The notes beneath the pieces were generated by a model. The model was not told where the DNA came from. It searched no databases and saw only the letters and a program-made list of their open reading frames with translations. A DNA stretch of 64,000 nt from Eledone cirrhosa (taxonomy: Eukaryota): assembly GCA_964016885.1 (NCBI GenBank), contig OZ024756.1, positions 8,432,001 through 8,496,000 on the forward strand, given 5' to 3'. Both the position numbers and the translations under genes were made by a program. Each line of letters begins with the position of its first letter. Positions within the stretch are counted from its first letter, which is position 1. Below are positions 15,001 to 30,000 of the stretch, one piece after another.

Positions 15001-18000
15001 TACTAATGGTGCCATAACACCTCACCTGTCCTTACTAATGGTGCCATACCACCTCAGCTGTCCCTACTAATGGTGCATTAACAACTCACCTGTCCTTACT
15101 GATGATGCAATAACACCTCACCTGTCATTACTGATTGCGCCATAACACCTCACCTGTCCTTACTGATGGTGCCATAAAAACTCACCTGTCCTTACTAATG
15201 GTACCATAATACCTCACCTGTCCTTACTATTGGTGCCATAACACCTCATCTGTCCTTACTGATGGTGCCATAACACCTCACCTGTCCTTACTGATGGTAC
15301 CATAACACCTCACCTGTCCATACTATTGGTGCCATAACACCTCACCTGTCCTTACTAATGGTGCCATAATACCTCACCTGTCCTTACTGATTGTGCCATA
15401 ACAACTCACCTGTCGTTATTAATGGTGCCATAACACCTCACATGTCCTTACTGATGGTACCATAACACCTCACCTGTCCTTACTAATGGTGCCATTACAC
15501 CTCACCTGTCCTTACTGATGGTACCATACCACCTCACCTGTCCAATACTAATGGTGCATTATCAACTCACCTGTCCTTACTGATGATGCAATAACACCTC
15601 ACCTGTCCTTACTGATGGTGCCATAACACCTCACCTGTCCTTACTGATGGTACCATAACACCTCAACTGTCCTTACTGATGTTGCTATAACACCTCACCT
15701 GTCCTTACTGATGGTGCCATAACACCTCACCTGTCCTTACTGATGGTACCATAACACATCACCTGTCCTTACTAGTGGTACCATAAAAGCTCACATGTTC
15801 TTACTAATGGTGCCATAACACCTCACCTGTCCTTACTGATGGTCCAAAAACACCTCACCTGTCCTTACTGATGGTGCCATAACACCTCACCTGTCCTTAC
15901 TGATGGTGCCATAACAACTCACCTGTCCTTACTAATGGTGCCATAACACCTCACCTGTCCTTACTCTTGGGGCCATAACAACTCACCTGTCCTTACTGAT
16001 GGTGCCATAACACCTCACCTGTCCTGACTGATGGTACCATAACACCTCACCTGTCCTTACTATTGGTGCCATAACACCTCACCTGTGCATACTGATGGTG
16101 CCATAACACCTCACCTGTCCTTACTGATGGTGCCGTAACACCTCACCTGTCCTTACTAATGGTGCCATAAAACCTCACCTGTCCTTACTAATGGTGCCAT
16201 AACACCTCACCTGTCCTTACTGATGGTGCCATAACATCTCACCTGCTCTTAATAATGGTGCCATAATACTTCACCTGTCCTTACTGATGGTGCCATAACA
16301 AATCACCTGTCCTTACTAATGGTGCCATAACACCTCACCTGTCCTTACTATTGGTGCCATAATAACTCACCTGTCCTTACTGATGGTGCCATAACACCTC
16401 ACCTGTCCTTACTAATGGTGCCATAATACCTCACCTGTCCATACTGATGGTGCCATAAGAACTCACCTGTCCTTAATAATGGTGCCATAACACCTCACCT
16501 GTCCTTACTAATGGTGCCATAACACCTCACCTGTCATTACTAATGGTACCATAACCCCTCAACTGTCCTTACTAATGGTGCCATAACACCTCACCTGTCC
16601 TTACTAATGGTGCCATACCACCTCACCTGTCCCTACTAATGGTGCATTAACAACTCACCTGTCCTTACTGATGATGCAATAACACCTCACCTGTCATTAC
16701 TGATTGCGCCATAACACCTCACCTGTCCTTACTGATGGTGCCATAAAAACTCACCTGTCCTTACTAATGGTACCATAATACCTCACCTGTCCTTACTAAT
16801 GGTGCCATAACACCTCACCTGTCCTTACTGATGGTGCCATAACACCTCACATGTCCTTACTGATGGTGCCATAACAACTCACCTGTCGTTATTAATGGTG
16901 CCATAACACCTCACATGTCCTTACTATTGGTGCCATAACACCTCACCTGTCCTTACTGATGATACCATAACACGTCACCTGTCCTTATTATTGGTGCCAT
17001 ACCACCTCACCTGTCCTTACTATTGGTGCCATAACACCTCACCTGTCCTTACTGATTGTGCCATAACACCTCACCTGTCCTTACTGATGGTACCATAACA
17101 CCTCACCTGTCCTTACTGATGGTGCCATAACACATCACCTCTCCTTACTAATGGTGCCATAACACCTCACCTGTCATTACTAATGGTACCATAACCCCTC
17201 AACTGTCCTTACTAATGGTGCCATAACACCTCACCTGTCCTTACTAATGGTGCCATACCACCTCACCTGTCCCTACTAATGGTGCATTAACAACTCACCT
17301 GTCCTTACTGATGATGCAATAACACCTCACCTGCCATTACTGATGGTGCCACAACACCTCACCTGTCCTTACTAATGGTGCATTAACAACTCACCTGTCC
17401 TTACTGATTGCACCATAACACCTCACCTGTCCTTACTGATGGTGCCATAAAAACTCACCTGTCCTTACTAATGGTACCATAATACCTCACCTGTCCTTAC
17501 TAATGGTGCCATAACACCTCACCTGTCCTTACTGATGGCACCATAACACCTCACCTGTCCTTACTAATGGTACCATAACACCTCACCTGTCCATACTATT
17601 GGTGCCATAACACCTCACCTGTCCTTACTGATGGCACCATAACACCTCACCTGTCCTTACTAATGGTACCATAACACCTCACCTGTCCATACTATTGGTG
17701 CCATAACACCTCACCTGTCCTTACTGATGGCACCATAACACCTCACCTGTCCTTACTAATGGTACCATAACACCTCACCTGTCCTTACTGATGGCACCAT
17801 AACACCTCACCTGTCCTTACTAATGGTACCATAACACCTCACCTGTCCATACTATTGGTGCCATAACACCTCACCTGTCCTTACTGATGGCACCATAACA
17901 CCTCACCTGTCCTTACTAATGGTGCCATTACACCTCACCTGTCCTTACTGATGGCACCATAACACCTCACCTGTCCTTACTAATGGTACCATAACACCTC

Positions 18001-21000
18001 ACCTGTCCATACTATTGGTGCCATAACACCTCACCTGTCCTTACTGATGGCACCATAACACCTCACCTGTCCTTACTAATGGTACCATAACACCTCACCT
18101 GTCCATACTATTGGTGCCATAACACCTCACCTGTCCTTACTGATGGCACCATAACACCTCACCTGTCCTTACTAATGGTACCATAACACCTCACCTGTCC
18201 ATACTATTGGTGCCATAACACCTCACCTGTCCTTACTATTGGTACCATACCACCTCACCTGTCCAATACTAATGGTGCATTATCAACTCACCTGTCCCTA
18301 CTAATGGTGCCATAACACCTCACCTGTCCTTACTGATGGTGCCATAAAAACTCACCTGTCCTTACTAATGGTACCATAATACCTCACCTGTCCTTACTAA
18401 TGGTGCCATAACACCTCACCTGTCCTTACTATTGGTGCCATAACACCTCATCTGTCCTTACTGATGGTGCCATAATACCTCACCTGTCCTTACTGATGGT
18501 GCCATAACAACTCACCTGTCGTTATTAATGGTGCCATAATACCTCACCTGTCCTTACTGATGGTGCCATAACAACTCACCTGTCGTTATTAATGGTGCCA
18601 TAACACCTCACCTGTCCTTACTATTGGTGCCATAACACCTCACCTGTCCTTACTGATGATACCATAACACGTCACCTGTCCTTATTATTGGTGCCATAAC
18701 ACCTCACCTGTCCTTACTATTGGTGCCATAACACCTCACCTGTCCTTACTGATTGTGCCATAACACCTCACCTGTCCTTACTGATGGTACCATAACACCT
18801 CACCTGTCCTTACTGATGTTACCTTAACACCTCACCTGTCCTTACTGATGGTGCCATAACACCTCACCTGTCCTTACTGATGGTACCATAACACCTCACC
18901 TGTCCTTACTAATGGTACCATAAAACCTGAAAGGTCCTTACTAATGGTGCCATAACACCTCACCTGTCCTTACTGATGGTGCCATAACACCTCACCTGTC
19001 CTTACTGATGGTGCCATAACACCTCTCCTGTCCTTACTGATGATACAATAACACCTCATCTGTCCTTACTATTGGTGCCATAACAACTCGCCTGTCCTTA
19101 CTAATTGTGCCATAACACCTCACCTGTCCTTACTAATGGTGCCATAACACCTCACCTGTCCTTACTAATGGTGCCATTGCACCTCACCTGTCCTTACTGA
19201 TGGTACCATACCACCTCACCTGTCCCTACTAATGGTGCATTAACAACTCACCTGTCCTTACTGATGATGCAATAACACCTCACCTGTCCTTACTGATGGT
19301 GCCATAACACCTCACCTGTCCTTACTAATGGTGCATTAACAACTCACCTGTCCTTACTAATGGTGCCATAACACCTCACCTGTCCTTACTGATGGTACCA
19401 TAACACATCACCTGTCCTTACTAATGGTACCATAAAAGCTCACATGTCCTTACTAATGGTGCCATAACACCTCACCTGTCCTTACTGATGGTCCAAAAAC
19501 ACCTCACCTGTCCTTACTGATGGTGCTATAACACCTCACCTGTCCTTACTGATGGTGCCATAACAACTCACCTGTCCTTACTAATGGTGCCATAACACCT
19601 CACCTGTCCTTACTCTTGGGGCCATAACAACTCACCTGTCCTTACTGATGGTGCCATAACACCTCACCTGTCCTTACTGATGGTGCCATAACACCTCACC
19701 TGTCCTTACTGATGTTGCCATAACACCTCACCTGTCCTTACTGATGGTACCATAACACCTCACCTGTCCTTACTATTGGTGCCATAACACCTCACCTGTG
19801 CATACTGATGGTGCCATAACACCTCACCTGTCCTTATTGATGGTGCCGTAACATCTCACCTGTCCTTACTAATGGTGCCATAACACCTCACCTGTCCTTA
19901 CTATTGGTGCCATAACAACTCACCTGCCCTTACTGATGGTGCCATAACACATCACCTGTCCTTACTAATGGTGCCATAATACCTCACCTGTCCTTACTGA
20001 TGGTGCCATAACAACTCACCTGTCCTTACTAATGGTGCCATAACAGCTCACCTGTCATTACTAATGGTACCACAACCCCTCAACTGTCCTTACTAATGGT
20101 GCCATAACACCTCACCTGTCCTTACTAATGGTGCATTAACAACTCACCTGTCCTTACTGATGATGCAATAACACCTCACCTGTCCTTACTAATGGTACCA
20201 CAACCCCTCAACTGTCCTTACTAATGGTACCACAACCCCTCAACTGTCCTTACTGATGGTACCATAACACCTCACCTGTCCTTACTGATGGTACCATAAC
20301 ACCTCACCTGTCCTTACTAATGGTGCATTAACAACTCACCTGTCCTTACTGATTGCACCATAACACCTCACCTGTCCTTACTAATGGTGCCATAACACCT
20401 CACCTGTCCTTACTAATGGTGCCATAACACCTCACCTGTCCTTACTGATGGTACCATAACACCTCACCTGTCCTTACTAATGGTGCATTAACAACTCACC
20501 TGTCCTTACTGATTGCACCATAACACCTCACCTGTCCTTAATGATGGTGCCATAACACCTCACCTGTCCTTACTAATGGTGCCATAACACCTCACCTGTC
20601 CTTACTGATGGTACCATAACACCTCACCTGTCCTTACTAATGGTGCATTAACAACTCACCTGTCCTTACTGATTGCACCATAACACCTCACCTGTCCTTA
20701 CTGATGGTGCCATAAAAACTCACCTGTCCTTACTAATGGTACCATAATACCTCACCTGTCCTTACTAATGGTGCCATAACACCTCACCTGTCCTTACTAT
20801 TGGTGCCATAACACCTCATCTGTCCTTACTGATGGTGCCATAACACCTCACCTGTCCATACTATTGGTGCCATAACACCTCACCTGTCCTTACTAATGGT
20901 GCCATAATACCTCACCTGTCCTTACTGATGGTGCCATAATACCTCACCTGTCCTTACTAATTGTGCCATAACACCTGACCTGTCCATACTATTGGTGCCA

Positions 21001-24000
21001 TAACACCTCACCTGTCCTTACTAATGGTGCCATAATACCTCACCTGTCCTTACTAATGGTGCCATAATACCTCACCTGTCCTTACTAATTGTGCCATAAC
21101 ACCTGACCTGTCCTTACTAATGGTGCCATAACACCTCACCTGTCCTTACTAATGGTGCCATAATACCTCACCTGTCCTTACTAATGGTGCCATAATACCT
21201 CACCTGTCCTTACTAATTGTGCCATAACACCTCACCTGTCCTTACTGATGGTACCATAACACCTCACCTGTCCTTACTGATGGTGCCATAACACCTCACC
21301 TGTCCTTACTAATTGTGCCATAACACCTCACCTGTCCTTACTAATTGTGCCATAACACCTCACCTGTCCTTACTAATTGTGCCATAACACCTCACCTGTC
21401 CTTACTAATGGTGCCATAATACCTCACCTGTCCTTACTAATTGTGCCATAACACCTCACCTGTCCTTACTGATGGTACCATAACACCTCACCTGTCCTTA
21501 CTGATGGTGCCATAACACCTCACCTGTCCTTACTAATTGTGCCATAACACCTCACCTGTCCTTACTAATTGTGCCATAACACCTCACCTGTCCTTACTAA
21601 TTGTGCCATAACACCTCACCTGTCCTTACTAATTGTGCCATAACACCTCACCTGTCCTTACTAATGGTGCCATAATACCTCACCTGTCCTTACTAATTGT
21701 GCCATAACACCTCACCTGTCCTTACTGATGGTACCATAACACCTCACCTGTCCTTACTGATGGTGCCATAACACCTCACCTGTCCTTACTAATTGTGCCA
21801 TAACACCTCACCTGTCCTTACTAATTGTGCCATAACACCTCACCTGTCCTTACTAATTGTGCCATAACACCTCACCTGTCCTTACTAATTGTGCCATAAC
21901 ACCTCACCTGTCCTTACTAATGGTGCCATAATACCTCACCTGTCCTTACTAATTGTGCCATAACACCTCACCTGTCCTTACTGATGGTACCATAACACCT
22001 CACCTGTCCTTACTGATGGTGCCATAACACCTCACCTGTCCTTACTAATTGTGCCATAACACCTCACCTGTCCTTACTAATTGTGCCATAACACCTCACC
22101 TGTCCTTACTAATTGTGCCATAACACCTCACCTGTCCTTACTAATGGTGCCATAATACCTCACCTGTCCTTACTAATTGTGCCATAACACCTCACCTGTC
22201 CTTACTGATGGTACCATAACACCTCACCTGTCCTTACTGATGGTGCCATAACACCTCACCTGTCCTTACTAATTGTGCCATAACACCTCACCTGTCCTTA
22301 CTAATTGTGCCATAACACCTCACCTGTCCTTACTAATTGTGCCATAACACCTCACCTGTCCTTACTAATGGTGCCATAATACCTCACCTGTCCTTACTAA
22401 TTGTGCCATAACACCTCACCTGTCCTTACTGATGGTACCATAACACCTCACCTGTCCTTACTGATGGTGCCATAACACCTCACCTGTCCTTACTAATTGT
22501 GCCATAACACCTCACCTGTCCTTACTAATTGTGCCATAACACCTCACCTGTCCTTACTAATTGTGCCATAACACCTCACCTGTCCTTACTAATTGTGCCA
22601 TAACACCTCACCTGTCCTTACTAATGGTGCCATAATACCTCACCTGTCCTTACTAATTGTGCCATAACACCTCACCTGTCCTTACTGATGGTACCATAAC
22701 ACCTCACCTGTCCTTACTGATGGTGCCATAACACCTCACCTGTCCTTACTAATTGTGCCATAACACCTCACCTGTCCTTACTAATTGTGCCATAACACCT
22801 CACCTGTCCTTACTAATTGTGCCATAACACCTCACCTGTCCTTACTAATGGTGCCATAATACCTCACCTGTCCTTACTAATTGTGCCATAACACCTCACC
22901 TGTCCTTACTGATGGTACCATAACACCTCACCTGTCCTTACTGATGGTGCCATAACACCTCACCTGTCCTTACTAATGGTGCCATAATACCTCACCTGTC
23001 CTTACTAATTGTGCCATAACACCTCACCTGTCCTTACTAATGGTGCCATAATACCTCACCTGTCCTTACTAATGGTGCCATAATACCTCACCTGTCCTTA
23101 CTAATTGTGCCATAACACCTCACCTGTCCTTACTGATGATGCAATAACACCTCACCTGTCCTTACTGATGGTGCCATAACACCTCACCTATCCTTACTAA
23201 TGGTGCATTAACAACTCACCTGTCCTTAATAATGGTGCCATTACACCTCACCTGTCCTTACTGATGGTACCGTATCACCTCACCTGTCCCTACTAATGGT
23301 GCATTAACAACTCACCTGTCCTTACTAATGATGCAATAACACCTCACCTGTCCTTACTGATGGTGCCATAACACCTCACCTGTCCTTACTAATGGTGCAT
23401 TAACAACTCACCTGTCCTTACTGATTGCGCCATAACACCTCACCTTCCTTACTGGTGGTGCCATAACACCTCACCTGTCCTTACTGATGGTGCCATAACA
23501 CCTCACCTGTCCTTACTGATGGTACCATAACACCTCACCTGTCCTTACTAATGGTACCATAAAAGCTCACATGTCCTTACTAATGGTGCCATAACACCTC
23601 ACCTGTCCTTACTGATGGTCCCATAACACCTCACCTGTCCTTACTGATTGTGCCATAACACCTCACCTGTCCTTACTGATGGTGCCATAACAACTCACCT
23701 ATCCTTACTAATGGTGCCATAACACCTCACCTGTCCTTACTCTTGGGGCCATAACAACTCACCTGTCCTTACTGATGGTGCCATAACACCTCACCTGTCC
23801 TAACTGATAGTGCCATAACACCTCACCTGTCCTTACTGATGTTGCCATACCACCTCACCTGTCCTTACTGATGGTACCATAACACCTCACCTGTCCTTAC
23901 TATTGGTGCCATAACACCTCACCTGTCCTTTCTCTTGGGGCCATAACACCTCACCTGTCCTTACTGATGGTGCCATAACAGCTCACCTGTCCTTACTGAT

Positions 24001-27000
24001 GGTGCCGTAACACCTCAACTGTCCTTACTAATGGCGCCATAAAACCTCACCTGTCCTTACTAATGGCGCCATAACACCTCACCTGTCCTTACTGATGGTG
24101 CCATAACATCTCACCTGCTCTTAATAATGGCGCCATAAAACCTCACCTGTCCTTACTAATGGCGCCATAACACCTCACCTGTCCTTACTGATGGTGCCAT
24201 AACATCTCACCTGCTCTTAATAATGGTGCCATAACACCTCACCTGTCCTTACTATTGGTGCCATAATAACTCACCTGTCCTTACTGATGGTGCTATAACA
24301 CCTCACCTGTCCTTACTAATGGTGCCGTAATACCTCACCTGTCCTTACTGATGGTGCCATAACAACACACCTGTCCTTACTAATGGTGCCATAACACCTC
24401 ACCTGTCCTTACTAATGGTGCCATAACACCTCACCTGTCATTACTCATGGTACCATAACACCTCAACTGTCCTTACTAATGGTGCCATAAGACCTCACCT
24501 GTCCTTACTAATGGATCCATTACACCTCACCTGTCCTTACTGATGGTACCTTACCACCTCACCTGTCCCTACTAATGGTGCATTAACAACTCACCTGTCC
24601 TTTCTGATGATGCAATAATACCTCACCTGTCATTACTGATGGTGCCATAACACCTCACCTGTCCTTACTAATGCTGCATTAACAACTCACCTGTCCTTAC
24701 TGATGGTGCCATAAAAACTCACCTGTCCTTACTAATGGTACCATAATACGTCACCTGTCCTTACTGATGGTGCCATAACAACTCACCTGTCCTTACTGAT
24801 GGTGCCATAAAAACTCACCTGTCCTTACTAATGGTGCCATAATACTTCACCTGTCCTTACTGATGGTGCCATAACAACTCACCTGTCCTTACTAATGGTG
24901 CCATAACACCTCACCTGTCCTTACTATTGGTGCCATAACAACTCACCTGTCCTTACTGATGGTGCCATATCACCTCACCTGTCCTTACTGATGGTGCCAT
25001 AACACCTCACCTGTCCTTACTGATGGTGCCATAACACCTCACCTGTCCTTACTAATGGTGCCATAATACCTCACCTGTCCTTACTGATGGTACCATAACA
25101 CCTCACCTGTCCTTACTAATGGTGCCATAACACATCACCTGTGCTTACTAATGGTGCCATTACACCTCACCTGTCCTTACTGATGGTACCATACCACCTC
25201 ACCTGTCCCTACTAATGGTGCATTAACAACTCACCTGTCCTTACTTATGATGCAATAACACCTCACCTGTCCTTACTGATGGTGCCATAACACCTCACCT
25301 ATCCTTACTAATGGTGCATTAACAACTCACCTGTCCTTAATAATGGTGCCATTACACCTCACCTGTCCTTACTGATGTTACCATACCACCTCACCTGTCC
25401 CTACTAATGGTGCATTCACAACTCACCTGTCCTTACTGATGATGCAATAACACCTCACCTGTCCTTACTGATGGTACCATAACACCTCACCTGTCCTTAC
25501 TAATGGTGCCATAACACCTCACCTGTCCTTACTAATGGTGCCATTACACCTCACCTGTCCTTACTGATGGTACCGTACCACCTCACCTGTCCCTACTAAT
25601 GGTGCATTAACAACTCACCTGTCCTTACTAATGATGCAATAACACCTCACCTGTCCTTACTGATGGTGCCATAACACCGCACCTGTCCTTACTAATGGTG
25701 CATTAACAACTCACCTGTCCTTACTGATTGCGCCATAATTCTCACCTGTCCTTACTGGTGGTGCCATAACACCTCACCTGTCCTTACTGATGGTCCCATA
25801 ACACCTCACCTGTCCTTACTCTTGGGGCCATAACAACTCACCTGTCCTTACTGATGGTGCCATAACACCTCACCTGTCCTTACTGATGGTCCCATTACAC
25901 CTCACCTGTCCTTACTCTTGGGGCCATAACAACTCACCTGTCCTTACTGATGGTGCCATAACAACTCACCTATCCTTACTAATGGTGCCATAACACCTCA
26001 CCTGTCCTTACTCTTGGGGCCATAACAACTCACCTGTCCTTACTGATGGTGCCATAACACCTCACCTGTCCTAACTGATGGTGCCATAACACCTCACCTG
26101 TCCTTAATGGTGTTGCCATAACACCTCACCTGTCCTTACTGATGGTACCATAACACCTCACCTGTCCTTACTATTGGTGCCATAACACCTCACCTGTCCT
26201 TACTCTTGGGGCCATAACACCTCACCTGTCCTTACTGATGGTGCCGTAACCCCTCACCTGTCCTTACTAATGGTGCCATAAAACCTCACCTGTCCTTACT
26301 AATGGCGCCATCACACCTCACCTGTCCTTACTGATGGTGCCATAACATCTCACCTGCTCTTAATAATGGTGCCATAATACTTCACCTGTCCTTACTGATG
26401 GTGCCATAACACCTCACCTGTCCTTACTATTGGTGCCATAATAACTCACCTGTCCTTACTGATGGTGCTATAACACCTCACCTGTCCTTACTAATGGTGC
26501 CGTAATACCTCACCTGTCCTTACTGATGGTGCCATAACAACACACCTGTCCTTACTAATGGTGCCATAACACCTCACCTGTCCTCACTAATGGTGCCATA
26601 ACACCTCACCTGTCATTACTAATGGTACCATAACACCTCAACTGTCCTTACTAATGGTGCCATAACACCTCACCTGTCCTTACTAATGGTGCCTTAAAAC
26701 CTCACCTGTCCTTACTGATGGTACCTTACCACCTCACCTGTCCCTACTAATGGTGCATTAACAACTCACCTGTCCTTTCTGCTGATGCAATAACACCTCA
26801 CCTGTCATTACTGATGGTGCCATAACACCTCACCTGTCCTTACTAATGGTGAATTAACAACTCACCTGTCCTTACTGCTGGTGCCATAAAAACTCACCTG
26901 TCCTTACTAATGGTACCATAATACGTCACCTGTCCTTACTATTGGTGCCATAATACTTCACCTGTCCTTACTGATGGTGCCATAACAACTCACCTGTCCT

Positions 27001-30000
27001 TACTAATGGTGCCATAACACCTCACCTGTCCTTACTATTGGTGCCATAACAACTCACCTGTCCTTACTGATGGTGCCATATCACCTCACCTGTCCTTACT
27101 GATGGTGCCATAACACCTCACCTGTCCTTACTGATGGTGCCATAACACCTCACCTGTCCTTACTAATGGTGCCATAATACCTCACCTGTCCTTACTGATG
27201 GTGCCATAACAACTCACCTGTCGTTATTAATGGTGCCATAACACCTCACATGTCCTTACTATTAGTGCCATAACACCTCACCTGTCCTTACTGATGGTAC
27301 CATAACACGTCACCTGTGCTTACTATTGGTGCCATAACACCTCACCTGTCCTTACTATTGGTGCCATAACACCTCACCTGTCCTTACTGATCGTGCCATA
27401 ACACCTCACCTGTCCTTACTTATGGTACCATAACACCTCACCTGTCCTTACTGATGTTGCCTTAACACATCACCTGTCCTTACTGATGGTGCCATAACAG
27501 CTCACCTGTCCTTACTGATGGTAACATAACACCTCACATGTCCTTACTATTAGTGCCATAACACCTCACCTGTCCTTACTGATGGTACCATAACACGTCA
27601 CCTGTGCTTACTATTGGTGCCATAACACCTCACCTGTCCTTACTATTGGTGCCATAACACCTCACCTGTCCTTACTGATGGTACCATAACACCTCACAAG
27701 TCCTTACTGATGGTGCCATAACACCTCACCTGTCCTTACTGATGGTACCATAACACCTCACCTGTCCTTACTATTGTTGCCATAACACCTCACCTGTCCT
27801 TACTATTGGTGCCATAACACCTCACCTGTCCTTACTAATGGTGCCATAACACCTCACCTGTCCCTACTAATGGTGCCATAACACCTCACCTGTCCTTACT
27901 GATGGTACCATAACACCTCACCTGTCCTTACTAATGGTGCCATAACACCTCACCTGTCCTTACTGATGGTACCATAACACCTCACCTGTCCTTACTAATG
28001 GTGCCATAATACCTCACCTGTCCTTACTGATGGTGCCATAACACCTCACCTGTCCTTACTATTGGTGCCATAACACCTCAGCTGTCCTTACTGATGGTGC
28101 CATAACACCTCACCTGTCCTTACTGATGGTACCATAACACCTCACCTGTCCTTACTATTGGTGCCATAACACCTCACCTGTCCCTACTAATGGTGCCATA
28201 ACACCTCACCTGTCCTTACTGATGGTACCATAACACCTCACCTGTCCTTACTAATGGTGCCATAATACCTCACCTGTCCTTACTGATGGTGCCATAACAC
28301 CTCACCTGTCCTTACTATTGGTGCCATAACACCTCAGCTGTCCTTACTGATGGTGCCATAACACCTCACCTGTCCTTACTGATGGAACCATAACACCTCA
28401 CCTGTCCTTACTGATGGTACGATAACACCTCACCTGTCCTTACTATTGGTGCCATAACACCTCACCTGTCCTTACTGATGGTACCATAACACCTCACCTG
28501 TCCTTACTATTGTTGCCATAACACCTCACCTGTCCTTACTATTGGTGCCATAACACCTCAGCTGTCCTTACTGATGGTGCAATAACACCTCACCTGTCCT
28601 TATTGATGGTGCCATAACACCTCACCTGTCCTTACTAATGGTGCCATAACACCTCACCTGTCCTTACTGATGGTGCCATAGCACCTCACCTGTCCTTACT
28701 GATGGTACCATAACAACTCACCTGTCCTTAATAATGGTGCCATAATACCTCACCTGTCCTTACTGATGGTGCCATAGCACCTCACCTGTCCTTACTGATG
28801 GTGCCATAGCACCTCACCTGTCCTTACTGATGGTGCCATAACACCTCACCTGTCCTTACTATTGGTGCCATAACACCTCACCTGTCCTTACTAATGGTGC
28901 CATAACACCTCACCTGTCCTTACTGATGGTGCCATAACACCTCACATGTCCTTACTGATGTTGCCATAACACCTCACCTGTCCTTACTGATGGTACCATA
29001 ACACCTCACCTGTCCTTACTATTGGTGCCATAACACCTCACCTGTGCTTACTATTGGTGCCATAACACATCACCTGTCCTTACTGATGGTGCCATAACAC
29101 CTCAACTGTCCTTACTGATGGTGCCATAACAACTCCCCTGTCCTTACTGATGGTGCCATAACAACTCCCCTGTCCTTACTGATGGTGCCATAACAACTCC
29201 CCTGTCCTTACTGATGGTGCCATAACACCTCATCTGTCCTTACTATTGGTGCCATAACACCTCACCTGTGCTTACTATTGGTGCCATAACACATCACCTG
29301 TCCTTACTGATGGTGCCATAACACCTCACCTGTCCTTACTGATGGTGCCATAACAACTCCCCTGTCCTTACTGATGGTGCCATAACAACTCCCCTGTCCT
29401 TACTGATGGTACCATAACACCTCACCTGTCCTTACTATTGGTGCCATAACACATCACCTGTCCTTACTGATGGTGCCATAACACCTCACCTGTCCTTACT
29501 GATGGTGCCATAACAACTCCCCTGTCCTTACTGATGGTGCCATAACACCTCATCTGTCCTTACTAATGGTGCCATAATACCTCACCTGTCCTTACTGATG
29601 GTGCCATAACACCTCACCTGTCCTTACTCATGGTGCCATAATACCTCACCTGTCCTTACTGATGGTGCCATAACACCTCACCTGTCCTTACTAATGGTGC
29701 CATAACACCTCACCTGTCCTTACTATTGGTGCCATAACACCTCACCTGTCCTTACTGATGGTGCCATAACACCTCACCTGTCCTTACTAATGGTGCCATA
29801 ATACCTCACCTGTCCTTACTGATGGAACCATAACACCTCACCTGTCCTTACTAATGGTGCCATAATACCTCACCTGTCCTTACTGATGGTGCCATAACAC
29901 CTCACCTGTCCTTACTAATGGTGCCATAATACCTCACCTGTCCTTACTGATGGTGCCATAACACCTCACCTGTCCTTACTAATGGTGCCATAATACCTCA

